Positions 38,041 through 51,052 of a stretch of DNA of 64,000 bases are shown here, piece after piece (positions within the stretch are counted from its first letter, which is position 1; each line of letters begins with the position of its first letter). The notes under the pieces were generated by a model. That model searched no databases. It saw only the letters and a list, made by a program, of their open reading frames with translations, and was not told the DNA's origin. Source of the DNA: Schmidtea nova (Eukaryota); NCBI GenBank assembly GCA_044892505.1, contig CM097882.1:58962001-59026000 (forward strand), written 5' to 3'. A program made the position numbers and the translations under genes.

Positions 38041-40187
38041 ATTTTAAATATTATTATTTTTAAAATTTTTTTATTTTTATTTTTAATTTTAAACTTTTAA
38101 TTATTTTTATGTACAATCATCTATTAATTTTATAATTTGAAGTTTACTTCGTTTAGTTGTTTTATATTTTTTTTTATTACAAATAATTAATTATAATAAA
38201 TTAATCAAAATACATGATATTATATGATCCTGATTATATCAAATTTATTCTTTAAAAATTTCTTTAATATTTTTTAAAAACAGATTAGTTATTAATTTAT
38301 CCAAGTTCTAAATTCAGTTTTTTAGATCAAGATCCAAATATAATTTGGAACATGCACATTTGCATCACTATTGATTGTATTGATGTTAGAGTGTTTTGGA
38401 AAGCTATTTTCTATTCATATTGGAATTATAATTTGCATATTAAACTTTGATAGATTATGTTTCCGTATTGTCAAAATTTAACAAGTCTTTTCTAGTCCAA
38501 CAATTTCCTATAATCACATTTTGTTATTCACAACCAATTTTTTTGAAATATATTTTAATTACATTATTGTTTAGGCAAAGACGTAGGGCGACGAAAGGAT
38601 GACTTGAACTATTTATCAGACGAGACGTCACTTGCATGATTTAATTATTTTATTTTAATGGCAATTCTTGTTCAGCAATCAAAATGCCCCATCATTAGTT
38701 TTATTATAGTTTTTTAAATTTAAGAGAGAAACCTAGGAAATTGAAGGTATTATTTGACAACAAAAGAAAAATGTAAGGTGAAGCGAGGAAATCAATTTAA
38801 AGTTAAAAGTATTAAAGTAAGATAATGACAAACATGAGAATTTAGTATTATAATTTTAAAATATTTTAGTATAATTTTTTAAATAATTTTAAATAAAAGT
38901 AATTTCTTCAATTTTTAAATAACTTTAAAAAGTTTTGGTTTTAAGTTTCTTATTTTATTTTTATTTTTTAGATATTACATAAAAAAACATTAGGCCAAAT
39001 AAGAAAAGATGATAATTTGATTGAAAGAAAAAAAACATGATCGAATAAAATACTCTAAGAATATTAAATAAACCACAGATTTTCATATAATAAAATATTT
39101 CCAGTAAATTATTATTTTGTAATTTATTATTTTTTCTACACTTAAATTATGTTGATGTGAACAAACTAGGGAATAGTATTCCAAGTGTGGTAATGATCAT
39201 GATGAAATAATAATAATAAAAAATTAGTATTAATAATAATGATAACGTCATTCTGCAGACTTGACATTCCATATTTATTCGTGGGTTTTCTCAATATTGC
39301 TCCTGGCACGTACACCAAAATCTATTTTGAATCTGCGACATTTTGTGGACCTCTTAAGAAATTACAAAATGATTAAGCATAAAATATTTAACTTTAATAT
39401 AAAATCGTACAGTGACATAAAGTGAAAATCAAATAATAAAATAAAATACGTTAGAGATTAAAAAATATTTAAAAATAATTTTAAAATATTATTAAATATA
39501 TTATTAAAATTTAATTATTTTTTAATAAATTTTATTAATAAAAAACTTTAAAAGATCTTTAAAAAAGTGAAAGCTTTATGTTTTCTATTTAATTTTTATA
39601 TTATATATTAAACAAACTTAACTCTGGTAAGAAAAGAAGGTAAATTAATTGAAAGAAACAAAAACATATAATCAAAGAAAAATTGATAAAGATTGTTTAC
39701 TAAACGATAGATTTTCATATATTAAAAGATTTGTTATAAATCTTTGCTTTGTTTTTATTAGTTTTGCATTTAACTTATGCCGCTAAGAAGAAATCACAAA
39801 ATTCTAATCCAAATATGGAAAGAATGATGTTGATGATAATAGTGATGAAAATATAATTATAATAATAATAACAATAAAAATAAAAAATAATAAGAGTATA
39901 AACTTATTCAAATAATAAAACTAATATTAATTTTAATAAATATTTATTCGTAAAAAATTAATTAAATATAATTCTAAAACATGTTAATTTATATTCTAAG
40001 TAAAAGAATTTTTTTTTTATTTTTTTTATGTAATTTCCACAAAGTCGTAATCTTTTGAATTAACAATATTATCTTTTTTTTTAATTTTCGAATCTTTTAT
40101 TGGGTAGTAATTCTTTTTTTCTTCTTATTCATAGCTATTTGATTGTTTATTTATAATTTATTTTAAAAAGCAAATTAATAATATAAA

Positions 40188-41291
40188 ATGAAACGCAACG
40201 CTACATCAGATATAAATCATACAAATTGGGATAAAGAAGAAGAAAAGGAAGAAAGAGGTGAATTTGTTACAGCAAATAAGAACATTATATCTCAACGAAA
40301 ATTAATTTCAGCTAGAAGAAAACCAACTTCAAATTCAACAAAAAATGTGTTTAAGTCATTTACTGGATTTTCCAGTACAGTCACTGAACCGTCTAAAAAT
40401 ACGTTTGGCACTATTCCTGACTCTAGCAACAGGGATAAAAACAAAGAAAAGCACATAAATTCACTGAAATTATTGAATAAAAAATTTCTTGAATGCATTC
40501 AAAAGCATATTAGTGAAAATCCATTATGCGTCCTTACTCCTACACTGGAGGATTACAATAAAAACGTTGATATTATAAAGGAAAAATATCCTTTATCAAC
40601 CATGTCATCAAATGTTACTGAAACTGTATCAACATCATCGAGTACACAACCAATTTTCAGTTTTCTAAAAGATGAAATTGAAACAGCTAATAAATTCGAC
40701 TTTGGATTGAAAAATGTCGATGTTTCTAAACCATTCACTTTACCAACACAGTCTTCAACGGATAAAGTACCACATTTTGGATTACCTTCTACTTCGTCTG
40801 TAGATGTTAAAATCGCTTCGGTCGGATTTTCGAATAGTTCAAATAGTCTTTTCAGTTTTCCCGCTACTACAACATTGACACTTTTTGCGCCCAGCGCAGC
40901 ACCTAAATGTAATGATGAAGAAGAAGAATATGTTCCTCCTGTCGCTGAAGTGCGCGAAGTTAAGGAAAAAGATTCGATTTATGAAGTTCGTTGTAAACTA
41001 TTTTATCAAGTAGAGAGCAAATGGAAAAATCGTGGTGTTGGAAATTTGTTCATTAAACCTATAGAAAAAGGAAAGTTTCAACTTGTTCTTCGAGCTGATA
41101 ATAGTCTTGCTACAATCATTTTAAATGTACTCATTAATGATAAGATGCCTCTAAGCGTTACAAAAAATAATCTTTCTTTTGTTGCCATGACAGACTTTTG
41201 CAAAGAAATAAAGTTGACTCCGTTGCTCATTCGTGTCAAAACTTCAGAAGAAGCAGAAGCTTTATTGGCAGCAATGAAACAACAGTTTTAG
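40188..41291 (+). CDS. Nup50: Nup50-like protein, copy 13 (K154Q)
   Basis: Intact 367-aa ORF; also synonymous K131 and V324 changes. Confidence 0.95.
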   Translation: MKRNATSDINHTNWDKEEEKEERGEFVTANKNIISQRKLISARRKPTSNSTKNVFKSFTGFSSTVTEPSKNTFGTIPDSSNRDKNKEKHINSLKLLNKKFLECIQKHISENPLCVLTPTLEDYNKNVDIIKEKYPLSTMSSNVTETVSTSSSTQPIFSFLKDEIETANKFDFGLKNVDVSKPFTLPTQSSTDKVPHFGLPSTSSVDVKIASVGFSNSSNSLFSFPATTTLTLFAPSAAPKCNDEEEEYVPPVAEVREVKEKDSIYEVRCKLFYQVESKWKNRGVGNLFIKPIEKGKFQLVLRADNSLATIILNVLINDKMPLSVTKNNLSFVAMTDFCKEIKLTPLLIRVKTSEEAEALLAAMKQQF

Positions 41292-43441
41292 ATTTTAAAT
41301 ATTATTATTTTTTAAAATTTTTTTATTTTTATTTTTAATTTTAAACTTTTAATAATTTTTATGTACAATCATCTATTAATTTTATAATTTGAAGTTTAGT
41401 TCGTTTTGTTGTTTTATATTTTTTTTATTACAAATAATTAATTATAATAAATTAATCAAAATACATGATATTATATGATCCTGATTATATCAAATTTATT
41501 CTTTAAAAATTTCTTTAATAATATTTTTTAAAAACAGATTAGTTATTAATTTATCCAAGTTCTAAATTCAGTTTTTTAGATCAAGATCCAAATATAATTT
41601 GGAACATGCACATTTGCATCACTATTGATTGTATTGATGTTAGAGTGTTTTGGAAAGCTATTTTCTATTCATATTGGAATTATAATTTGCATATTAAACT
41701 TTGATAGATTATGTTTCCGTATTGTCAAAATTTAACAAGTCTTTTCTAGTCCAACAACTTCCTATAATCACATTTTGTTATTCACAATTAAATTTTTTGA
41801 AATATATTTTAATTACATTATTGTTTAGGCAAAGACGTAGGGCGACGAAAGAATGACTTGAACTATTTATCAGACGAGACGTCACTTGCATGATTTAATT
41901 ATTTTATTTTAATGGCAATTCTTGTTCAGCAATCAAAATGCCCCATCATTAGTTTTATTAGAGTTTTTTAAATTTAAGAGAGAAACCTAGGAAATTGAAG
42001 GTATTATTTGACAAAAAAAGAAAAATGTAAGTTAAAGCGAGGAAATCAATTTAAAGTTAAAAGTATTAAAGTAAGATAATGACAAACATGAGAATTTAGT
42101 ATTATAATTTTAAAATATTTTAGTATAATTTTTTAAATAATTTTAAATAAAAGTAATTTCTTCAATTTTTAAATAACTTTAAAAAGTTTTGGTTTTAAGT
42201 TTCTTATTTTATTTTTATTTTTTAGATATTACATAAAAAAAAATTAGGCCAAATAAGAAAAGATGATAATTTGATTGAAAGAAAAAAAACATGATCGAAT
42301 AAAATACTCTAAGAATATTAAATAAACCACAGATTTTCATATAATAAAATATTTCCAGTAAATTATTATTTTGTAATTTATTATTTTTTCTACACTTAAA
42401 TTATGTTGATGTGAACAAACTAGGGAATAGTATTCCAAGTGTGGTAATGATCATGATGAAATAATAATAATAAAAAATTAGTATTAATAATAATGATAAC
42501 GTCATTCTGCAGACTTGACATTCCATATTTATTCGTGGGTTTTCTCAATATTGCTCCTGGCACGTACACCAAAATCTATTTTGAATCTGCGACATTTTGT
42601 GGACCTCTTAAGAAATTACAAAATGATTAAGCATAAAATATTTAACTTTAATATAAAATCGAACAGTGACATAAAGTGAAAATCAAATAATAAAATAAAA
42701 TACGTTAGAGATTAAAAAATATTTAAAATTAATTTTAAAATATTTTTAAAAATATTATTAAAATTTAATTATTTTTTAATAAATTTTATTAATAAAAAAC
42801 TTTAAAAGATCTTTAAAAAATTGAAAGCTTTATGATTTCTATTTAATTTTTATATTATATATTAAACAAACTTAACTCTGGTAAGAAAAGAAGGTAAATT
42901 AATTGAAAGAAACCAAAACATATAATCAAAGAAAAATTGATAAAGATTGTTTACTAAACGATAGATTTTCATATATTAAAAGATTTGTTATAAATCTTTG
43001 CTTTGTTTTTATTAGTTTTGCATTTAACTTATGCCGCTAAGAAGAAATCACAAAATTCTAATCCAAATATGGAAAGAATGATGTTGATGATAATAGTGAT
43101 GAAAATATAATTATAATAATAATAACAATAAAAATAAAAAATAATAAGAGTATAAACTTATTCAAATAATAAAACTAATATTAATTTTAATAAATATTTA
43201 TTCGTAAAAAATTAATTAAATATAATTCTAAAACATGTTAATTTATATTCTAAGTAATAGAATTTTTTTTTTATTTTTTTTATGTAATTTCCACAAAGTC
43301 GTAATCTTTTGAATTAACAATATTATCTTTTTTTTTAATTTTCGAATCTTTTATTGGGTAGTAATTCTTTTTTTCTTCTTATTCATAGCTATTTGATTGT
43401 TTATTTATAATTTATTTTAAAAAGCAAATTAATAATATAAA

Positions 43442-44545
43442 ATGAAACGCAACGCTACATCAGATATAAATCATACAAATTGGGATAAAGAAGAAGAAAA
43501 GGAAGAAAGAGGTGAATTTGTTACAGCAAATAAGAACATTATATCTCAACGAAAATTAATTTCAGCTAGAAGAAAACCAACTTCAAATTCAACAAAAAAT
43601 GTGTTTAAGTCATTTACTGGATTTTCCAGTACAGTCACTGAACCGTCTAAAAATACGTTTGGCACTATTCCTGACTCTAGCAACAGGGATAAAAACAAAG
43701 AAAAGCACATAAATTCACTGAAATTATTGAATAAAAAATTTCTTGAATGCATTCAAAAGCAAATTAGTGAAAATCCATTATGCGTCCTTACTCCTACACT
43801 GGAGGATTACAATAAAAACGTTGATATTATAAAAGAAAAATATCCTTTATCAACCATGTCATCAAATGTTACTGAAACTGTATCAACATCATCGAGTACA
43901 AAACCAATTTTCAGTTTTCTAAAAGATGAAATTGAAACAGCTAATAAATTCGACTTTGGATTGAAAAATGTCGATGTTTCTAAACCATTCACTTTACCAA
44001 CACAGTCTTCAACGGATAAAGTACCACATTTTGGATTACCTTCTACTTCGTCTGTAGATGTTAAAATCGCTTCGGTCGGATTTTCGAATAGTTCAAATAG
44101 TCTTTTCAGTTTTCCCGCTACTACAACATTGACACTTTTTGCGCCCAGCGCAGCACCTAAATGTAATGATGAAGAAGAAGAATATGTTCCTCCTGTCGCT
44201 GAAGTGCGCGAAGTTAAGGAAAAAGATTCGATTTATGAAGTTCGTTGTAAACTATTTTATCAAGTAGAGAGCAAATGGAAAAATCGTGGTGTTGGAAATT
44301 TGTTCATTAAACCTATAGAAAAAGGAAAGTTTCAACTTGTTCTTCGAGCTGATAATAGTCTTGCTACAATCATTTTAAATGTACTCATTAATGATAAGAT
44401 GCCTCTAAGCGTAACAAAAAATAATCTTTCTTTTGTTGCCATGACAGACTTTTGCAAAGAAATAAAGTTGACTCCGTTGCTCATTCGTGTCAAAACTTCA
44501 GAAGAAGCAGAAGCTTTATTGGCAGCAATGAAACAACAGTTTTAG
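43442..44545 (+). CDS. Nup50: Nup50-like protein, copy 14 (H107Q)
   Basis: Intact 367-aa ORF. Confidence 0.95.
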   Translation: MKRNATSDINHTNWDKEEEKEERGEFVTANKNIISQRKLISARRKPTSNSTKNVFKSFTGFSSTVTEPSKNTFGTIPDSSNRDKNKEKHINSLKLLNKKFLECIQKQISENPLCVLTPTLEDYNKNVDIIKEKYPLSTMSSNVTETVSTSSSTKPIFSFLKDEIETANKFDFGLKNVDVSKPFTLPTQSSTDKVPHFGLPSTSSVDVKIASVGFSNSSNSLFSFPATTTLTLFAPSAAPKCNDEEEEYVPPVAEVREVKEKDSIYEVRCKLFYQVESKWKNRGVGNLFIKPIEKGKFQLVLRADNSLATIILNVLINDKMPLSVTKNNLSFVAMTDFCKEIKLTPLLIRVKTSEEAEALLAAMKQQF

Positions 44546-46695
44546 ATTTTAAATATTATTATTTTTAAAATTTTTTTATTTTTATTTTTAATTTTAAACT
44601 TTTAATTAATTTTATGTACAATCATCTATTAATTTTATAATTTGAAGTTTACTTCGTTTAGTTGTTTTATATTTTTTTTTATTACAAATAATTAATTATA
44701 ATAAATTAATCAAAATACATGATATTATATGATCCTGATTATATCAAATTTATTCTTTAAAAATTTCTTTAATAATATTTTTTAAAAACAGATTAGTTAT
44801 TAATTTATCCAAGTTCTAAATTCAGTTTTTTAGATCAAGATCCAAATATAATTTGGAACATGCACATTTGCATCACTATTGATTGTATTGATGTTAGAGT
44901 GTTTTGGAAAGCTATTTTCTATTCATATTGGAATTATAATTTGCATATTAAACTTTGATAGATTATGTTTCCGTATTGTCAAAATTTAACAAGTCTTTTC
45001 TAGTCCAACAATTTCCTATAATCACATTTTGTTATTCACAACCAAATTTTTTGAAATATATTTTAATTACATTATTGTTTAGGCAAAGACGTATCGCGAC
45101 GAAAGAATGACTTGAACTATTTATCAGACGAGACGTCACTTGCATGATTTAATTATTTTATTTTAATGGCAATTCTTGTTCAGCAATCAAAATGCCCCAT
45201 CATTAGTTTTATTATAGTTTTTTAAATTTAAGAGAGAAACCTAGGAAATTGAAGGTATTATTTGACAAAAAAAGAAAAATGTAAGTTAAAGCGAGGAAAT
45301 CAATTTAAAGTTAAAAGTATTAAAGTAAGATAATGACAAACATGAGAATTTAGTATTATAATTTTAAAATATTTTAGTATAATTTTTTAAATAATTTTAA
45401 ATAAAAGTAATTTCTTCAATTTTTAAATAACTTTAAAAAGTTTTGGTTTTAAGTTTCTTATTTTATTTTTATTTTTTAGATATTACATAAAAGAACATTA
45501 GGCCAAATAAGAAAAGATGATAATTTGATTGAAATAAAAAAAACATGATCGAATAAAATACTCTAAGAATATTAAATAAACCACAGATTTTCATATAATA
45601 AAATATTTCCAGTAAATTATTATTTTGTAATTTATTATTTTTTCTACACTTAAATTATGTTGATGTGAACAAACTAGGGAATAGTATTCCAAGTGTGGTA
45701 ATGATCATGATGAAATAATAATAATAAAAAATTAGTATTAATAATAATGATAACGTCATTCTGCAGACTTGACATTCCATATTTATTCGTGGGTTTTCTC
45801 AATATTGCTCCTGGCACGTACACCAAAATCTATTTTGAATCTGCGACATTTTGTGGACCTCTTAAGAAATTACAAAATGATTAAGCATAAAATATTTAAC
45901 TTTAATATAAAATCGAACAGTGACATAAAGTGAAAATCAAATAATAAAATAAAATACGTTAGAGATTAAAAAATATTTAAAAATAATTTAAAAATATTAT
46001 TAAATATATTATTAAAATTTAATTATTTTTTAATAAATTTTATTAATAAAAAACTTTAAAAGATCTTTAAAAAAGTGAAAGCTTTATGTTTTCTATTTAA
46101 TTTTTATATTATATATTAAACAAACTTAACTCTGGTAAGAAAAGAAGGTAAATTAATTGAAAGAAACCAAAACATATAATCAAAGAAAAATTGATAAAGA
46201 TTGTTTACTAAACGATAGATTTTCATATATTAAAAGATTTGTTATAAATCTTTGCTTTGTTTTTATTAGTTTTGCATTTAACTTATGCCGCTAAGAAGAA
46301 ATCACAAAATTCTAATCCAAATATGGAAAGAATGATGTTGATGATAATAGTGATGAAAATATAATTATAATAATAATAACAATAAAAATAAAAAATAATA
46401 AGAGTATAAACTTATTCAAATAATAAAACTAATATTAATTTTAATAAATATTTATTCGTAAAAAATTAATTAAATATAATTCTAAAACATGTTAATTTAT
46501 ATTCTAAGTAATAGAATTTTTTTTTTATTTTTTTTATGTAATTTCCACAAAGTCGTAATCTTTTGAATTAACAATATTATCTTTTTTTTTAATTTTCGAA
46601 TCTTTTATTGGGTAGTAATTCTTTTTTTCTTCTTATTCATAGCTATTTGATTGTTTATTTATAATTTATTTTAAAAAGCAAATTAATAATATAAA

Positions 46696-47799
46696 ATGAA
46701 ACGCAACGCTACATCAGATATAAATCATACAAATTGGGATAAAGAAGAAGAAAAGGAAGAAAGAGGTGAATTTGTTACAGCAAATAAGAACATTATATCT
46801 CAACGAAAATTAATTTCAGCTAGAAGAAAACCAACTTCAAATTCAACAAAAAATGTGTTTAAGTCATTTACTGGATTTTCCAGTACAGTCACTGAACCGT
46901 CTAAAAATACGTTTGGCACTATTCCTGACTCTAGCAACAGGGATAAAAACAAAGAAAAGCACATAAATTCACTGAAATTATTGAATAAAAAATTTCTTGA
47001 ATGCATTCAAAAGCAAATTAGTGAAAATCCATTATGCGTCCTTACTCCTACACTGGAGGATTACAATAAAAACGTTGATATTATAAAAGAAAAATATCCT
47101 TTATCAACCATGTCATCAAATGTTACTGAAACTGTATCAACATCATCGAGTACAAAACCAATTTTCAGTTTTCTAAAAGATGAAATTGAAACAGCTAATA
47201 AATTCGACTTTGGATTGAAAAATGTCGATGTTTCTAAACCATTCACTTTACCAACACAGTCTTCAACGGATAAAGTACCACATTTTGGATTACCTTCTAC
47301 TTCGTCTGTAGATGTTAAAATCGCTTCGGTCGGATTTTCGAATAGTTCAAATAGTCTTTTCAGTTTTCCCGCTACTACAACATTGACACTTTTTGCGCCC
47401 AGCGCAGCACCTAAATGTAATGATGAAGAAGAAGAATATGTTCCTCCTGTCGCTGAAGTGCGCGAAGTTAAGGAAAAAGATTCGATTTATGAAGTTCGTT
47501 GTAAACTATTTTATCAAGTAGAGAGCAAATGGAAAAATCGTGGTGTTGGAAATTTGTTCATTAAACCTATAGAAAAAGGAAAGTTTCAACTTGTTCTTCG
47601 AGCTGATAATAGTCTTGCTACAATCATTTTAAATGTACTCATTAATGATAAGATGCCTCTAAGCGTAACAAAAAATAATCTTTCTTTTGTTGCCATGACA
47701 GACTTTTGCAAAGAAATAAAGTTGACTCCGTTGCTCATTCGTGTCAAAACTTCAGAAGAAGCAGAAGCTTTATTGGCAGCAATGAAACAACAGTTTTAG
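46696..47799 (+). CDS. Nup50: Nup50-like protein, copy 15 (H107Q)
   Basis: Intact 367-aa ORF. Confidence 0.95.
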   Translation: MKRNATSDINHTNWDKEEEKEERGEFVTANKNIISQRKLISARRKPTSNSTKNVFKSFTGFSSTVTEPSKNTFGTIPDSSNRDKNKEKHINSLKLLNKKFLECIQKQISENPLCVLTPTLEDYNKNVDIIKEKYPLSTMSSNVTETVSTSSSTKPIFSFLKDEIETANKFDFGLKNVDVSKPFTLPTQSSTDKVPHFGLPSTSSVDVKIASVGFSNSSNSLFSFPATTTLTLFAPSAAPKCNDEEEEYVPPVAEVREVKEKDSIYEVRCKLFYQVESKWKNRGVGNLFIKPIEKGKFQLVLRADNSLATIILNVLINDKMPLSVTKNNLSFVAMTDFCKEIKLTPLLIRVKTSEEAEALLAAMKQQF

Positions 47800-49948
47800 A
47801 TTTTAAATATTATTATTTTTAAAATTTTTTTATTTTTATTTTTAATTTTAAACTTTTAATTAATTTTATGTACAATCATCTATTAATTTTATAATTTGAA
47901 GTTTACTTCGTTTAGTTGTTTTATATTTTTTTTTATTACAAATAATTAATTATAATAAATTAATCAAAATACATGATATTATATGATCCTGATTATATCA
48001 AATTTATTCTTTAAAAATTTCTTTAATAATATTTTTTAAAAACAGATTAGTTATTAATTTATCCAAGTTCTAAATTCAGTTTTTTAGATCAAGATCCAAA
48101 TATAATTTGGAACATGCACATTTGCATCACTATTGATTGTATTGATGTTAGAGTGTTTTGGAAAGCTATTTTCTATTCATATTGGAATTATAATTTGCAT
48201 ATTAAACTTTGATAGATTATGTTTGCGTATTGTCAAAATTTAACAAGTCTTTTCTAGTCCAACAATTTCCTATAATCACATTTTGTTATTCACAACCAAT
48301 TTTTTTGAAATATATTTTAATTACATTATTGTTTAGGCAAAGACGTAGGGCGACGAAAGAATGACTTGAACTATTTATCAGACGAGACGTCACTTGCATG
48401 ATTTAATTATTTTATTTTAATGGCAATTCTTGTTCAGCAATCAAAATGCCCCATCATTAGTTTTATTATAGTTTTTTAAATTTAAGAGAGAAACCTAGGA
48501 AATTGAAGGTATTATTTGACAAAAAAAGAAAAATGTAAGTTAAAGCGAGGAAATCAATTTAAAGTTAAAAGTATTAAAGTAAGATAATGACAAACATGAG
48601 AATTTAGTATTATAATTTTAAAATATTTTAGTATAATTTTTTAAATAATTTTAAATAAAAGTAATTTCTTCAATTTTTAAATAACTTTAAAAAGTTTTGG
48701 TTTTAAGTTTCTTATTTTATTTTTATTTTTTAGATATTACATAAAAGAACATTAGGCCAAATAAGAAAAGATGATAATTTGATTGAAAGAAAAAAAACAT
48801 GATCGAATAAAATACTCTAAGAATATTAAATAAACCACAGATTTTCATATAATAAAATATTTCCAGTAAATTATTATTTTGTAATTTATTATTTTTTCTA
48901 CACTTAAATTATGTTGATGTGAACAAACTAGGGAATAGTATTCCAAGTGTGGTAATGATCATGATGAAATAATAATAATAAAAAATTAGTATTAATAATA
49001 ATGATAACGTCATTCTGCAGACTTGACATTCCATATTTATTCGTGGGTTTTCTCAATATTGCTCCTGGCACGTACACCAAAATCTATTTTGAATCTGCGA
49101 CATTTTGTGGACCTCTTAAGAAATTACAAAATGATTAAGCATAAAATATTTAACTTTAATATAAAATCGAACAGTGACATAAAGTGAAAATCAAATAATA
49201 AAATAAAATACGTTAGAGATTAAAAAATATTTAAAAATAATTTAAAAATATTATTAAATATATTATTAAAATTTAATTATTTTTTAATAAATTTTATTAA
49301 TAAAAAACTTTAAAAGATCTTTAAAAAAGTGAAAGCTTTATGTTTTCTATTTAATTTTTATATTATATATTAAACAAACTTAACTCTGGTAAGAAAAGAA
49401 GGTAAATTAATTGAAAGAAACCAAAACATATAATCAAAGAAAAATTGATAAAGATTGTTTACTAAACGATAGATTTTCATATATTAAAAGATTTGTTATA
49501 AATCTTTGCTTTGTTTTTATTAGTTTTGCATTTAACTTATGCCGCTAAGAAGAAATCACAAAATTCTAATCCAAATATGGAAAGAATGATGTTGATGATA
49601 ATAGTGATGAAAATATAATTATAATAATAATAACAATAAAAATAAAAAATAATAAGAGTATAAACTTATTCAAATAATAAAACTAATATTAATTTTAATA
49701 AATATTTATTCGTAAAAAATTAATTAAATATAATTCTAAAACATGTTAATTTATATTCTAAGTAATAGAATTTTTTTTTTATTTTTTTTATGTAATTTCC
49801 ACAAAGTCGTAATCTTTTGAATTAACAATATTATCTTTTTTTTAATTTTCGAATCTTTTATTGGGTAGTAATTCTTTTTTTCTTCTTATTCATAGCTATT
49901 TGATTGTTTATTTATAATTTATTTTAAAAAGCAAATTAATAATATAAA

Positions 49949-51052
49949 ATGAAACGCAACGCTACATCAGATATAAATCATACAAATTGGGATAAAGAAG
50001 AAGAAAAGGAAGAAAGAGGTGAATTTGTTACAGCAAATAAGAACATTATATCTCAACGAAAATTAATTTCAGCTAGAAGAAAACCAACTTCAAATTCAAC
50101 AAAAAATGTGTTTAAGTCATTTACTGGATTTTCCAGTACAGTCACTGAACCGTCTAAAAATACGTTTGGCACTATTCCTGACTCTAGCAACAGGGATAAA
50201 AACAAAGAAAAGCACATAAATTCACTGAAATTATTGAATAAAAAATTTCTTGAATGCATTCAAAAGCATATTAGTGAAAATCCATTATGCGTCCTTACTC
50301 CTACACTGGAGGATTACAATAAAAACGTTGATATTATAAAAGAAAAATATCCTTTATCAACCATGTCATCAAATGTTACTGAAACTGTATCAACATCATC
50401 GAGTACAAAACCAATTTTCAGTTTTCTAAAAGATGAAATTGAAACAGCTAATAAATTCGACTTTGGATTGAAAAATGTCGATGTTTCTAAACCATTCACT
50501 TTACCAACACAGTCTTCAACGGATAAAGTACCACATTTTGGATTACCTTCTACTTCGTCTGTAGATGTTAAAATCGCTTCGGTCGGATTTTCGAATAGTT
50601 CAAATAGTCTTTTCAGTTTTCCCGCTACTACAACATTGACACTTTTTGCGCCCAGCGCAGCACCTAAATGTAATGATGAAGAAGAAGAATATGTTCCTCC
50701 TGTCGCTGAAGTGCGCGAAGTTAAGGAAAAAGATTCGATTTATGAAGTTCGTTGTAAACTATTTTATCAAGTAGAGAGCAAATGGAAAAATCGTGGTGTT
50801 GGAAATTTGTTCATTAAACCTATAGAAAAAGGAAAGTTTCAACTTGTTCTTCGAGCTGATAATAGTCTTGCTACAATCATTTTAAATGTACTCATTAATG
50901 ATAAGATGCCTCTAAGCGTAACAAAAAATAATCTTTCTTTTGTTGCCATGACAGACTTTTGCAAAGAAATAAAGTTGACTCCGTTGCTCATTCGTGTCAA
51001 AACTTCAGAAGAAGCAGAAGCTTTATTGGCAGCAATGAAACAACAGTTTTAG
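49949..51052 (+). CDS. Nup50: Nup50-like protein, copy 16 (consensus protein)
   Basis: Intact 367-aa ORF. Confidence 0.95.
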   Translation: MKRNATSDINHTNWDKEEEKEERGEFVTANKNIISQRKLISARRKPTSNSTKNVFKSFTGFSSTVTEPSKNTFGTIPDSSNRDKNKEKHINSLKLLNKKFLECIQKHISENPLCVLTPTLEDYNKNVDIIKEKYPLSTMSSNVTETVSTSSSTKPIFSFLKDEIETANKFDFGLKNVDVSKPFTLPTQSSTDKVPHFGLPSTSSVDVKIASVGFSNSSNSLFSFPATTTLTLFAPSAAPKCNDEEEEYVPPVAEVREVKEKDSIYEVRCKLFYQVESKWKNRGVGNLFIKPIEKGKFQLVLRADNSLATIILNVLINDKMPLSVTKNNLSFVAMTDFCKEIKLTPLLIRVKTSEEAEALLAAMKQQF

